From an uncultured Acidobacteriota bacterium (lineage in GTDB: Bacteria > Acidobacteriota > Polarisedimenticolia > JACPZX01), in assembly GCA_964400605.1 (NCBI GenBank), contig CAYNUH010000011.1, positions 1,983 through 65,982 on the forward strand: 64,000 nt of DNA, read 5' to 3'. A program made the translations under genes and the position numbers. Shown piece after piece: positions 1 through 11,525 of the stretch. Each line of letters opens with the position of its first letter. Position 1 is the stretch's first letter. The notes under the pieces are model-generated. The model saw only the letters and a list, made by a program, of their open reading frames with translations, searched no databases and was not told the DNA's origin.

Positions 1-1041
1 TCCAGGGCTCTTCCCCTGACGCTTGTGATCCTCCTGGGAGCCGCCGGGGCGGGCGTGTACGTCTTCTTTCCCCAGATCGCCCCGCTCATCGGGATGGGGC
101 GTGGCACAGAGAAGCCCCCGGAGTCGAAACCCTCGGTGGAGCCGCCGGCCCCGCGGACGCCCGCCCAGGCGCCCATCGTGGACCTGCCGAAGGATCTGCC
201 CAAGGAGGTCGTATCGATCCGGGTGGACACGGAGCCGGGGGGCGGGCGGATCTACGTGGACGACCGCGAGGTGACGGCTGGGACCATCACCCTTCCCAGG
301 GGCGACACCGCCACGCACACCGCGATGGCCGAGAGCGAGTGCTTCCGCGACAGCCGGCCGGTGCGGGCGGGGGGCCCGGACTCCCTCGTCATCAAGCTGA
401 AGACGCCCAGGCTGCACTCGGTGCGCGTGACGTCCGAGCCTTCCGGGGCCCGCCTCAGCCTCGACGGGCGCGACATCGGAACGCAGGCGCCGGCCGACGT
501 GAACGTCCCGGCCTGCCAGCCCCACACCCTCGCGGCCCGCCTGTCCGGCTACAAGGCCACGAGCCAGAGCTTCGACGCGAAGACGGTGTGGGCCAGTGTC
601 TCGCCGGTCGGCCTGACGCTGGAGAAGCTGCCCGACGGGTCGGTGCTGGTGAAGGGCCCCTACCCGCTCGAGGTCTTCGAGGGGAGCCGTCAGATCGGTT
701 CGTCCGGAGCGCCCATCACGCTGCCCGCCGGCCGCCACGCGCTGAGGGTCGTGAACAGCGATCTCTTCGTGGATCTCGAAACGGACGTGGATGTGCCCGC
801 GGGCGGCACCGCGTCGCCCCGGGTCGAGCTCCCGGGCGTCGGCCAGCTCACCGTCCACGCGAAGCCGAGCAACGGGATGGTCTATGTGAACGGCCGGAAG
901 ATCGGCGCGCCCCCCATCCTGGGCTACTCTCTCCGGGAGGGAACCCACGTGATCAAGGTCCTTCTTGACTCAGGCCAGAGCAAAGAGGAGACCGTGCTCA
1001 TCATCGCGGACCAGCCCATAACCAGGAAGTTCATCTTCTAG
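1..1041 (+). CDS. Membrane-anchored multi-PEGA-domain protein, 5'-truncated at window edge
   Basis: Frame is open from base 1; TM helix (VILLGAAGAGVYVFF), Pro-rich linker, repeated PEGA-like motifs (VDTEPGGGRIYVD, VTSEPSGARLSLDG, VHAKPSNGMVYVNG). Confidence 0.75.
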   Translation, partial: SRALPLTLVILLGAAGAGVYVFFPQIAPLIGMGRGTEKPPESKPSVEPPAPRTPAQAPIVDLPKDLPKEVVSIRVDTEPGGGRIYVDDREVTAGTITLPRGDTATHTAMAESECFRDSRPVRAGGPDSLVIKLKTPRLHSVRVTSEPSGARLSLDGRDIGTQAPADVNVPACQPHTLAARLSGYKATSQSFDAKTVWASVSPVGLTLEKLPDGSVLVKGPYPLEVFEGSRQIGSSGAPITLPAGRHALRVVNSDLFVDLETDVDVPAGGTASPRVELPGVGQLTVHAKPSNGMVYVNGRKIGAPPILGYSLREGTHVIKVLLDSGQSKEETVLIIADQPITRKFIF

Positions 1042-1070
1042 ACCGAACACCGGAGGGACGGACACCGCCC

Positions 1071-2624
1071 ATGAGGACAACCTGCCGCAGCACAGGCGCG
1101 ACGGTCGCGGCGCTTCTGCTGGCCTCCTCCGGCGCGGCGGCCCAGACGGCCGCCGGCCAGGACCTGGCCAGGCGCACCTTCCAGAACGCCGAGCAGCTCA
1201 TGCGCGACGGGAAACCCGATCAGGCCCTCAAGGACTACCAGCAGGTCATCGACGCGTTTCCGACGAGCCCGCTGGCCGACGACGCGCTCCTCAAGGTGGG
1301 CTCCTACCACTACTCGCCGGAATCCATCGGCGAGCTCGGCACGATCCCCGTGGACGGCCAGGAGAAGGCGCGGGCCCTCTTTGACAAGGTGCGCGAGCGC
1401 TACGCCGACTCCGACTCGACGCCCCACGCGCTGTACAAGCTGGGCCTGCTGGACCTGGAGCCCGACTCGCCCAGGCGCAACCTCGACTCGGCCTACGGGA
1501 GCTTCTACCGGGTCGTGAACATCTACCCCGACAGCGAGTGGGTCGGCAAGGCGCTGCTGGGCGCCGCCGCGGCGGAGATCGGCAAGCACGAGTACGACAA
1601 GGCGATCCTCTCGCTGGAGCGGTCGATCGAGGAGGAGCCGAACGGAGCCTCCGCGGCGGAGAGCCAGTATTTCCTCGGCCTCGCCAACGCGAGGCTCGGC
1701 GATTTCGTGAGAGCCGCCGAGGCGTTCCAGGCCTGCCGGATCGAAAACGACAAGAGCCGGACGGCCCAGCGCGCCCTCGACTGGCTGACCCTCATCTACA
1801 CGATGCGCCTGCGGCCCGCCGCCGGGGCCGCCCTCGATCTCGCCCACGACGGCGGGTTCGTGCCCCGGCTCGGCCCGGACGAGGACATCCGCGGCGAGGT
1901 GGGGCTCGCGGTGACGGCAGAGGGGCGCCTCCTCGTGGCGGATCCCAGGCGAGGGGCGCTCATGGAGTTCGCGGAGGACGGCAGCCGGGTGCGGTCGGAC
2001 CCCTTCGAGGGGGCCTCTCTGGTGTCCCTGGACGCGTCCGAGAACGTGATCGTCGCTTCGCCCGGGGGCATCCGCGTGGGCACCGAAAGCTTCCCGGCCG
2101 CCCGGAAGGCCGGCTCGCAGATCCGTCGAATCGAGGAGGCGGCCGGCGTCTGGCGCAGCAGCACCAAAGAGACCTATGTGCTGGATCTCAAGGAAGGCGA
2201 ACTGCTGCGCTATGGGGGCGATCCTGCCGATCCGAAGGTCGTCCACCGCGACAAGGACGCGGGCACGCGGGTCGAGGCCATGGCGGGGGGCCCCGAGGAT
2301 CGGCTCTTCCTGCTGGACCGCAAGGGGAAGAACATCCTCGTCCTGCAGGGGGGCAAGGTGACGCCCCTCGTGCCGCCGGGGGCCGGCCCCGCCCTCGAGG
2401 AACCGGTGGCGCTCGGCGTGAGCGCCCTGGGGGACGTGTACGTGGCCGACGCGAGACAGAAGTCCGTTATCATCCTCAGCCCGGAGGGCAAGAGGCTCGG
2501 CCGGATCGCACCCGCGGTGGGGAGCCCCGGTGAGATCGCCTCGCCGGCCGCGCTGGCCGTCGGGCCGAGGGGAGAGGTGTACGTCTATGACGAGCGAAAG
2601 AGGACCGTCCTCCGCTTCCGCTAG
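1071..2624 (+). CDS. Exported TPR (BamD/YfiO-like) plus NHL-repeat beta-propeller protein
   Basis: Signal peptide; TPR motifs (FPTSPLADDALLKVG, YPDSEWVGKALL); C-terminal NHL repeats (PVALGVSALGDVYVAD, PAALAVGPRGEVYVYD). Confidence 0.75.
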   Translation: MRTTCRSTGATVAALLLASSGAAAQTAAGQDLARRTFQNAEQLMRDGKPDQALKDYQQVIDAFPTSPLADDALLKVGSYHYSPESIGELGTIPVDGQEKARALFDKVRERYADSDSTPHALYKLGLLDLEPDSPRRNLDSAYGSFYRVVNIYPDSEWVGKALLGAAAAEIGKHEYDKAILSLERSIEEEPNGASAAESQYFLGLANARLGDFVRAAEAFQACRIENDKSRTAQRALDWLTLIYTMRLRPAAGAALDLAHDGGFVPRLGPDEDIRGEVGLAVTAEGRLLVADPRRGALMEFAEDGSRVRSDPFEGASLVSLDASENVIVASPGGIRVGTESFPAARKAGSQIRRIEEAAGVWRSSTKETYVLDLKEGELLRYGGDPADPKVVHRDKDAGTRVEAMAGGPEDRLFLLDRKGKNILVLQGGKVTPLVPPGAGPALEEPVALGVSALGDVYVADARQKSVIILSPEGKRLGRIAPAVGSPGEIASPAALAVGPRGEVYVYDERKRTVLRFR

Positions 2625-4800
2625 GCTCGCACCGTGGCTTCGGCGGGCCTGCCGCGCGTCGGTCCTCGTCGCGCTGCTGGCGATCTGCGCCCGCCTTCCG
2701 GCCGCGGCCGTCGCGGGCGTGGAGGAGGAGGACATCGCTCGGATGCTGGGGGACTACCGGCGCGTCCTGGACGAGGGGGCGAAGCACCTCTCTTCCCTGG
2801 ACTTCCCCGAGGCGATTGAGGCCTTCGCGCGGATCCTCAACGACTACAAGACGGGAAAGATCCCGATGGTGACGCCCGACGCCCGGCTGATCGTGGCCAA
2901 GTCGTACGAGGGGCGCGGGCTCGCCATGGCGAACCTCGGCCGCGACGCCGACGCCTCCGCCGACTTCGAGGCCCTGATCCGCTTTGACCCGGCCTATGCC
3001 ATCGACCTCAAAGACGTCTCGCCGAAGATCGTGGCGCTGTACACCAAAATCCGGAAGAAGATCGTGGGCGTGGTGAGCGTCGAAGGGGATCCCCTCGGCG
3101 CGGAGGTCATTCTTGGCGATCAGTCTCTGGGCCTCACGCCGCTCACGGACCGCGAGTCCATCGCCGGGACCTACCATCTGCGCGTCACCCACATGGGGTA
3201 CGATCCGTACGAAGAGGACGTGCGCCTGGACGCGGGCGCGAAGCTCGCGAAACGTTACCGGTTGACGCCCAACGCTGTGAGCATCCAGATCGCCACCGTT
3301 CCGCGCGAGGTGAAGGTTCTCGTCGACGGGCAGGAGCGGGGCGCCACGTTCGGCACCGCCGGCGCCAAATATGCGGATGCCGCGAGAAAGCTCAAGGCCA
3401 ATCTCTCGGACGTCTCGGCGCCGCTCCTGGTGGAGTACCTACCGCCCGGCGCCCACACGATCCTGCTGAGAAAGGAGTGCTACGAGGACACGCAGGTGGG
3501 GCTCGATCTCAAGGTGGATCCGAACAGCACCTCCCCCGTCGAATACGAGCCGTTCGTCCTCGCCCCCAGCCGGGGGAGGCTGGAGATCGCCTCCGAGCCC
3601 GTGGGCGCACAGGTGACCCTCGACGGCAAGGTCCTGAGCGCGGCTCCGGTCGCCCTCGAGGACGTCTGCTCGGGCAAGCACGACCTCCTGCTCGAGAAGG
3701 AGGGCCTGGGCCGGTTCACGGGCAACGTCGAGGTGATCAAAGGGGAGACCGTCAAGGTCACGGAGCGGCTCAGGCTGAGCCTCGCGGCCTTCGATGTCAG
3801 GCCCGGCGTCAAGGATGGAGAGAGCCTGGGCGCGGGGCTCCAGGGGATCGAGGGCTACAACCTCGCCCAGGATAAGGGCGGCGTCCCGACCGAGGCCGCC
3901 GAGCGCGTGCGTCTCGAGGTGGAGAGCTCTCAGGGGAAGGGGCTGTCGGAGCGGACCGTGAAGGAGCTGCTCAAATCGCTGAAGGTGGAGCTCCTCGGAG
4001 TCGCCCTCCCCGTGGGGGGCGTCGGCGACCAGGTGGAGTTCCAGCTCTACGGATCTCTGAGCTCCATCCCCGACAGGTGGCTCCTGGAGACCTCCAAGCT
4101 GGACGGCTTCCGCCGCGTCAAGTTCGCCCTCGACGAGAAGCTCCCCGTGGAGATGCCCTGGAGCGGCATGAAGCTGATCGACGTCTACGGCAAGCGGCAT
4201 CCCGTCGTCCTCAGCGTGACCCCCGGAGGCCCCGCCGCGGCGGCGGGAGTGAACGCCGGGGATCTGATCGTGACGGCCGGAGTGACCCCCATCGAGAAGG
4301 CGGCCGACTTCCTGACCGTCCTCAAGAAGTCCACCGCCGGGGAGGAGGTCGCTCTGTCCGTGGAGTCGGCGGGGAAGACGCACGAGATGCGGCTCAGGCT
4401 ACTCTCCACGCCCGTCCTGCTTCCGTTCAAGAGCGCGACCATCCTCTACAACAAGGCCATCGCCGACGAGGTGCAGGCCTCCGCGCTGGCCCCCGATGCC
4501 GCGCAGCGATCCTACGCGTGGTTGAACGTCGGCGTCGCCCTCATGCATCTGGGCCAGTGGGAGACCGCCCTTCGCGAAGCGTTCCGGAAGGTCGATCTGC
4601 CCGACGCGGCCGGTATCTCGCGCGGAACCGCCCGCTATCTGGAGGCCATCTGCTACGAGAAGCTCGGACTCTCCAACAAAGCCAGGACTGCCTACGCCGA
4701 GGCGTCGGTATCCGCCACCGCCACGCTCGGTTCGCACGATGGCCCTGCCCTCGCCCCCATAGCGAAGCGTCGCGCCTCCACGCTCCCCGAGTCGAAATAA
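2587..4800 (+). CDS. Exported TPR-PEGA-PDZ-TPR protein
   Basis: ATG 2587 after GGAGAGG (start estimated); signal peptide; TPR; three PEGA motifs; PDZ motif VLSVTPGGPAAAAGVNAGDLIV; C-terminal TPR. Confidence 0.7.
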   Translation: MTSERGPSSASARLAPWLRRACRASVLVALLAICARLPAAAVAGVEEEDIARMLGDYRRVLDEGAKHLSSLDFPEAIEAFARILNDYKTGKIPMVTPDARLIVAKSYEGRGLAMANLGRDADASADFEALIRFDPAYAIDLKDVSPKIVALYTKIRKKIVGVVSVEGDPLGAEVILGDQSLGLTPLTDRESIAGTYHLRVTHMGYDPYEEDVRLDAGAKLAKRYRLTPNAVSIQIATVPREVKVLVDGQERGATFGTAGAKYADAARKLKANLSDVSAPLLVEYLPPGAHTILLRKECYEDTQVGLDLKVDPNSTSPVEYEPFVLAPSRGRLEIASEPVGAQVTLDGKVLSAAPVALEDVCSGKHDLLLEKEGLGRFTGNVEVIKGETVKVTERLRLSLAAFDVRPGVKDGESLGAGLQGIEGYNLAQDKGGVPTEAAERVRLEVESSQGKGLSERTVKELLKSLKVELLGVALPVGGVGDQVEFQLYGSLSSIPDRWLLETSKLDGFRRVKFALDEKLPVEMPWSGMKLIDVYGKRHPVVLSVTPGGPAAAAGVNAGDLIVTAGVTPIEKAADFLTVLKKSTAGEEVALSVESAGKTHEMRLRLLSTPVLLPFKSATILYNKAIADEVQASALAPDAAQRSYAWLNVGVALMHLGQWETALREAFRKVDLPDAAGISRGTARYLEAICYEKLGLSNKARTAYAEASVSATATLGSHDGPALAPIAKRRASTLPESK

Positions 4801-4874
4801 ATAACGTATTTACAAATAGTTAGCCCTGGCAGGGGGCGGCCAGGCCGGGGTTACTTCTGTCGCATAAGTCCCGC

Positions 4875-4903
4875 TTGACACGTCTTTCCGCCTAGCCTAT
4901 ATT
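4875..4903 (+). promoter_or_regulatory. Sigma70-type promoter
   Basis: TTGACA (4875-4880), 17-bp spacer, TATATT (4898-4903), upstream of the response regulator. Confidence 0.75.
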
Positions 4904-4945
4904 TCAGGCCGCCTGAACCAGAACATTCGTAAAAAAGGTCACAGA

Positions 4946-5581
4946 GTGACTACAAAGACCAAGCTGTCTCCGGGTACAGCACGGCTCTTGACGACAGGAG
5001 AGGTCGCCCGGTACTGCGACGTCTCGACCAACGCGGTCAAGAAGTGGATTCGCAATGGCCGGCTGAAGGCCTTCAGGACGCCCGGCGGGCACTTCCGCGT
5101 GGAGAGCGAGGATTTCAAGGAGTTCCTCACGAATCACCAGATGCCCATCTACCCCGACTTCTTCTCTGGAGCGACCCGGAGGGTCCTCGTCGTGGACGAC
5201 GACGAACAGTTGCGGGCGATGCTCATCGAGGTCCTCAAGACGATTGAGCCGCCCCCCGAGGTGGACCAAGCCTCCGATGGTTACGAGGCCCTGCTGAAGG
5301 TTGGCGACTTCAAGCCGGATCTCCTCGTGATGGATCTGAAGATGCCCCGAATGGACGGATTCGAGGCCTGCAGGCGCATCCGATCGAACCCGGCCACGGC
5401 GGAGACCAAGATCCTGATCGTCTCCGGTTTCATGGACGAGACCGCCCAACAGGACGTCGTTCGGTCGGGTGCGTCCGCCTGGATGCGCAAGCCGCTCGAT
5501 GTCGGCGAGTTCAGGAAAAACGTGGCGGCGCTGCTCGGAAGCGCTGCGGAGCCGGCGAGAGCCCCTGGGGGAGGGGCCTGA
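4946..5581 (+). CDS. Response regulator with N-terminal excisionase-type (HTH_17) DNA-binding domain
   Basis: LLTTGEVARYCDVS...RTPGGHFRV followed by REC domain (VLVVDDD, VMDLKMPRMDG, KP). Confidence 0.9.
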   Translation: MTTKTKLSPGTARLLTTGEVARYCDVSTNAVKKWIRNGRLKAFRTPGGHFRVESEDFKEFLTNHQMPIYPDFFSGATRRVLVVDDDEQLRAMLIEVLKTIEPPPEVDQASDGYEALLKVGDFKPDLLVMDLKMPRMDGFEACRRIRSNPATAETKILIVSGFMDETAQQDVVRSGASAWMRKPLDVGEFRKNVAALLGSAAEPARAPGGGA

Positions 5582-5584
5582 CCC

Positions 5585-5818
5585 GTGGGGGGAGAGGGAG
5601 GCGAACAGGTGGATGACAAGGCGACGCGGAATCAGGTCATGCCGAGCGGCGCGCGTTTGACGGTCAGGGAGATCCGGGGTCTGCTCACGAAGATGGGAGC
5701 CGATCTCGTGCGCACGCTGGGCGCTGGGCAGGCCCTCCAGCCGTCGAAGGAGGAGCCCACGCCCGTGAAGACGAGCCGATTCGTGGAGTCCATGAGCCCA
5801 TTCCTGAGAATGAACTGA
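5585..5818 (+). CDS. Small hypothetical protein
   Basis: ORF directly after the response regulator; protein-like composition; alternative GTG start at 5609 after GGAGG. Confidence 0.5.
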   Translation: MGGEGGEQVDDKATRNQVMPSGARLTVREIRGLLTKMGADLVRTLGAGQALQPSKEEPTPVKTSRFVESMSPFLRMN

Positions 5819-5978
5819 GCCTCCCCGAAGGCGGTCCAGGCGCCCGCCCGGTTGCCGTGCCGCGCTCCGGCGCCGTGCGGGGACGGTCTTGCGATCCATC
5901 CACTTGACCGCGCCGCTAGAATCCCCTTCCGGCCGCCGCGCCCTCCCGGGGGCGCGCGCGGCGGGGCCGGAGGGGAAT

Positions 5979-6404
5979 TTGCGACCACTTCATCTCCACG
6001 CTCGGCTCCTCGTGGCCGTGATTTCGCTGCACCTCGCGGCGCCGTGCTCCGCTCTGTCGGAGACCGAAGGGCTCAGCGGACCGCGTGGAGCGAGCGCATC
6101 CGAGACAGCCGAGCCGCTCCCGGGCAGCGAGACGGCTCGCCGCCCGCCCGCGCCCCGCGCCCGGACCGCGGCACCCGAGTGGGGACCTCCCGCCGCGTCC
6201 CCGCCGGCGGCCGGGACCAGACCCGCTTCGGGTGGGCCCGGAGCGCGGCCGCTGGAGCCGCGCAAGGAGACGAGGGCGCCCCACAGGAAGCGGTTCTTCC
6301 GCACATCTGCGGGGGCCGTGGTGCTGATCATCGTGGGGGCCATCGTCGTGGGCAGCGCAGCGCGGGCCACTCTCGACGAGGAGAGAGGCCGCCGCTCCCC
6401 CTGA
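5979..6404 (+). CDS. Hypothetical protein: signal peptide, Pro/Ala-rich linker, C-terminal hydrophobic helix
   Basis: TTG after GGAGGGG; hydrophobic N-terminus; C-terminal GAVVLIIVGAIVVG. Confidence 0.5.
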   Translation: MRPLHLHARLLVAVISLHLAAPCSALSETEGLSGPRGASASETAEPLPGSETARRPPAPRARTAAPEWGPPAASPPAAGTRPASGGPGARPLEPRKETRAPHRKRFFRTSAGAVVLIIVGAIVVGSAARATLDEERGRRSP

Positions 6405-6442
6405 TGGGCTCGAGACCGGCGCCCCTCGGCGGGCGCTGCGCC

Positions 6443-8581
<2,139 letters not shown>

Positions 8582-8812
8582 CGTGCGGCGTGCTCCTCTT
8601 CTGTTTGCGGACCGGCCGGACCACGATCGCTTCAGTCGGCCGGCCCGGCGCCTCGGCGAGGTGCGCGGGGGGGAACGCCGCCCCTCCGTCCGGGCCGGCC
8701 CCGAACTCGGGGGAAGCCGGCGACCCCGGGGAACCGGCTGCAAAGGCCGTCGAGGATAGGCGATCCGACCGTCCCGGGTCGACCCCGCGCGGAGTCGGGC
8801 AGTCGGACGGCG

Positions 8813-9328
8813 TCAGGCTCCCTTGCGACCCGCCGCCAGGGCGGATTCGAAGGCGCTGCGCACGGCCGCGCCGAAGACGGCGAAGATCACCCTTCTGAGG
8901 GAGCGCGGGGAGTGGCCGCGCACGGCCTCCACCATGATGCGCGCGCACTCCTCCGGGGGAAAGCCGCCCACGCCCGTGCCGAAGGCGGGCAGGGCGAGGG
9001 ATCCGACTCCGAGGTCGTCCGCCAGCTGGAGGCACCGAGCCGTCGTAGCCCGGATGAGCGACGCGTCGGTGCGGAGGTCCTGCCCCATCACGGCGCCATG
9101 GATGACGTAGCGGGCGCGGAGGCGACCGGCGCCCGTCGCCACGGCGTCGCCGGGCTCGACGGGCCCCTTCGCCATCGCCTCCCGCTCGATCTCGCCGCCC
9201 CCGGCGCGCTTGATGGCGCCGGCAACGCCCGACCCCATCCAGAGGTGGCTGTTGGCCGCGTTCCCAATCGCGTCAACCGCGAGCGACGTGATGTCCCCCT
9301 CGAAGACCGTCAGTTCCACTCCTGCCAC
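8813..9328 (-). CDS. Macro domain protein (ADP-ribose binding/hydrolase)
   Basis: GDITSLAVDAIGNAANSHLWMGSGVAGAIKRAGG and PAFGTGVGGF motifs. Confidence 0.92.
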   Translation of the reverse strand: MAGVELTVFEGDITSLAVDAIGNAANSHLWMGSGVAGAIKRAGGGEIEREAMAKGPVEPGDAVATGAGRLRARYVIHGAVMGQDLRTDASLIRATTARCLQLADDLGVGSLALPAFGTGVGGFPPEECARIMVEAVRGHSPRSLRRVIFAVFGAAVRSAFESALAAGRKGA

Positions 9329-9506
9329 GATGATTCCCCCGGGACCCGGGCGGGCCCGCCGGCTCGGGCACGGCGCCCAGCCGTGATGGCCACCGCCGCC
9401 TACGAGACGGGCGGGCGATGGCATAGAATGCGCCGCCCGAAACCGGTTCCCACCTCGACAGGGCAATGGCCGCGTCGAGGAACCCTACTACGAAGGAGGA
9501 CTGCTG

Positions 9507-10829
9507 ATGCGCGTCCAGATCGCCGCTCTGACCCTTGCGCTCTCAGTCGCCGCCGCCGCCGCGGAGACGACGCCGAAGGCCGTCGTGATCCGGGCGGCCC
9601 GGATGTTCGACGGAAAGTCCGACCGGGTCGTCTCCCCGGGAATCGTCGCCGTTCTGGGCCGGGAGATCGTTGCGGCGGGCCCGGGCGCAGCCCTCCCCCC
9701 GGGCTACCGGACCATCGATCTAGGCGACGCGACGCTCCTGCCAGGCTTCATCGACGCCCACACGCACCTGTCAGGGGAGATCAGCGACGACTGGAGACAG
9801 GACGAGCTCGACTCCCTGAAGAAAACGATCCCCGAGATGACCCTGGACGCCGTCGAGTACGCGCGCAGGACCCTGCTGGCCGGATTTACCACCTGCCGCG
9901 ACCTCGGGTCGAGTGACTTCATCGACGTGGGGTTGCGCAACGCCGCCCGCAGCGGGAAGATCCCGGGGCCGCGCATGCTGGTCGCCGTTAACGGCATCGG
10001 CGCCACGGGGGGGCACTGCGATCCCACCGGGGGGTTCCGCTCGGGGGTGTTCGGGAAGGAGGCCGGTATCGAGGAGGGGGTGGCCGACGGTGCCGACGCC
10101 GTGCGCGCGGCCGTGCGCTGGAACGTGAAGCACGGCGCCGATGTCATCAAGACCTGCGCCACGGGAGGCGTGCTGTCCGAGGCCGACGACGTGGATTCGC
10201 CCCAGCTGACGCAGGCCGAGCTGGACGCGCTGGTTGACGAGGCGCACGCCCTGCGGCGGAAGGCTGCGGCCCACGCGCACGGCGCCGAGGGTGCGAAGAG
10301 GGCGATCCGGGCCGGCATCGACTCCATCGAGCACGGGTCGTTCCTCGACGACGAGGCGCTCGACATGATGAAGGCGCGCGGGACGTACCTGGTGCCGACG
10401 CTGATGGCGGTGGTGGGCCTGCGCGAGCGCCTGGACCGCGCGCTCTACATGCCGCCCCGGATAGTCGAGAAGGCGCGCGCGGCCACGGCCGCGCATTCGG
10501 AGATGTTCCGGAGGGCGCTCTCCAAGGGTGTGCGGATCGGCTTCGGAACCGACGCGGCCGTCTATCCCCACGGGCGCAACGCGGAGGAGTTCCGCCGTAT
10601 GGTGGAGCTGGGCATGAGGCCGGTGGAGGCCCTGAGGGCGGCGACGTCGGCGAATGCGGATCTTCTGGGCGTGGCCGCGACGCTGGGCACGCTGGAGGCC
10701 GGCAAGATCGCCGACGTCATCGCCGTGCCCGGTGATCCGACGCAGGACATCCGTGCGACCGAGAAGGTCTTGTTCGTGATGAAGGAGGGCGCCGTAGAGC
10801 GGAACGACCGCGCCTCTCCTCCTCAGTGA
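9507..10829 (+). CDS. Exported metal-dependent amidohydrolase (Xaa-Pro dipeptidase-like)
   Basis: Signal peptide; PGFIDAHTH, IKTCATGGV, AAHAHG, SIEHG, FGTDA motifs. Confidence 0.92.
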   Translation: MRVQIAALTLALSVAAAAAETTPKAVVIRAARMFDGKSDRVVSPGIVAVLGREIVAAGPGAALPPGYRTIDLGDATLLPGFIDAHTHLSGEISDDWRQDELDSLKKTIPEMTLDAVEYARRTLLAGFTTCRDLGSSDFIDVGLRNAARSGKIPGPRMLVAVNGIGATGGHCDPTGGFRSGVFGKEAGIEEGVADGADAVRAAVRWNVKHGADVIKTCATGGVLSEADDVDSPQLTQAELDALVDEAHALRRKAAAHAHGAEGAKRAIRAGIDSIEHGSFLDDEALDMMKARGTYLVPTLMAVVGLRERLDRALYMPPRIVEKARAATAAHSEMFRRALSKGVRIGFGTDAAVYPHGRNAEEFRRMVELGMRPVEALRAATSANADLLGVAATLGTLEAGKIADVIAVPGDPTQDIRATEKVLFVMKEGAVERNDRASPPQ

Positions 10830-11329
10830 ACGGTCGTGCCTCCGCCTTTCAGCCGCCTCAGGCTTGCGTCCACATTCGTGTCTTCCTCCGCGGGAGGTCC
10901 TTCAGCGGCCGAGGACCCTTCCTGGCGGATGCGGATGAGGAGGACGCGGCGGGGGCGGCGCCCTTCCTCGGTCTCGGGCCCGGCGCCCAGCGGCAGGTCC
11001 TGCGCGGTCATCTGGTCGAGGTGGGAGAGGTTCTTGAGGATCGCCTCGACGCCCGAGAGGATCTTCCGGCGGCCGTCCTCGATCCTATCGACGTACTGGC
11101 CGATCTCGGTCAGGCCGGCCACCATCCTGCCGCAGCTCTCACTGATCTCGTCGTAGTCCGCGAGCACCGTTTCCAGCATCGCCAGGGCGTCACCCAGCGA
11201 CCCCGGGGAGCCGCCCTCCGCCCTGACGGCATCGAGGATCCCCTTGAGCCTTTCGCGGTACGCGAGCATCATCCGCCTCCGGGCCTCGAGCTCGCTCAGG
11301 CAGGATTCGATCCTTTCCCTGATCTCCAT
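10823..11329 (-). CDS. Hypothetical helical/coiled-coil protein
   Basis: 168-aa amphipathic helical ORF with upstream promoter-like sequence. Confidence 0.6.
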   Translation of the reverse strand: MEIRERIESCLSELEARRRMMLAYRERLKGILDAVRAEGGSPGSLGDALAMLETVLADYDEISESCGRMVAGLTEIGQYVDRIEDGRRKILSGVEAILKNLSHLDQMTAQDLPLGAGPETEEGRRPRRVLLIRIRQEGSSAAEGPPAEEDTNVDASLRRLKGGGTTVH

Positions 11330-11444
11330 GACCCCCCCTATCGAGAGATGATCCCGGCGCGGCCGCGGCGTGGGCGCGCCGCGGCTCGGCGTGTCTTGAT
11401 TGTCGGGATCTACCTTCGCGGCAGGTTCGCGCAGGAATCGCCTA

Positions 11445-11472
11445 AATGTACGGAAGGGTTCCGTCGCGTCAA
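11445..11472 (-). promoter_or_regulatory. Sigma70-type promoter with palindromic spacer
   Basis: Minus strand TTGACG-16-TACATT; spacer contains CGGAA-N3-TTCCG. Confidence 0.5.
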
Positions 11473-11525
11473 GGGAAATCGACGTCGCGGGCGCCCCCGA
11501 TGCGCGCACGGGGGGTTGGGAAAGG

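Noticed and set aside
8582-8812. Possible Na+ or other riboswitch upstream of hppA
   Set aside because: Several GC-rich hairpins are present but I recognise no riboswitch consensus; an Rfam scan is needed
8813-9328. Macro domain as an anti-phage or toxin-antitoxin component
   Set aside because: No adjacent ADP-ribosyltransferase or sirtuin; context is housekeeping
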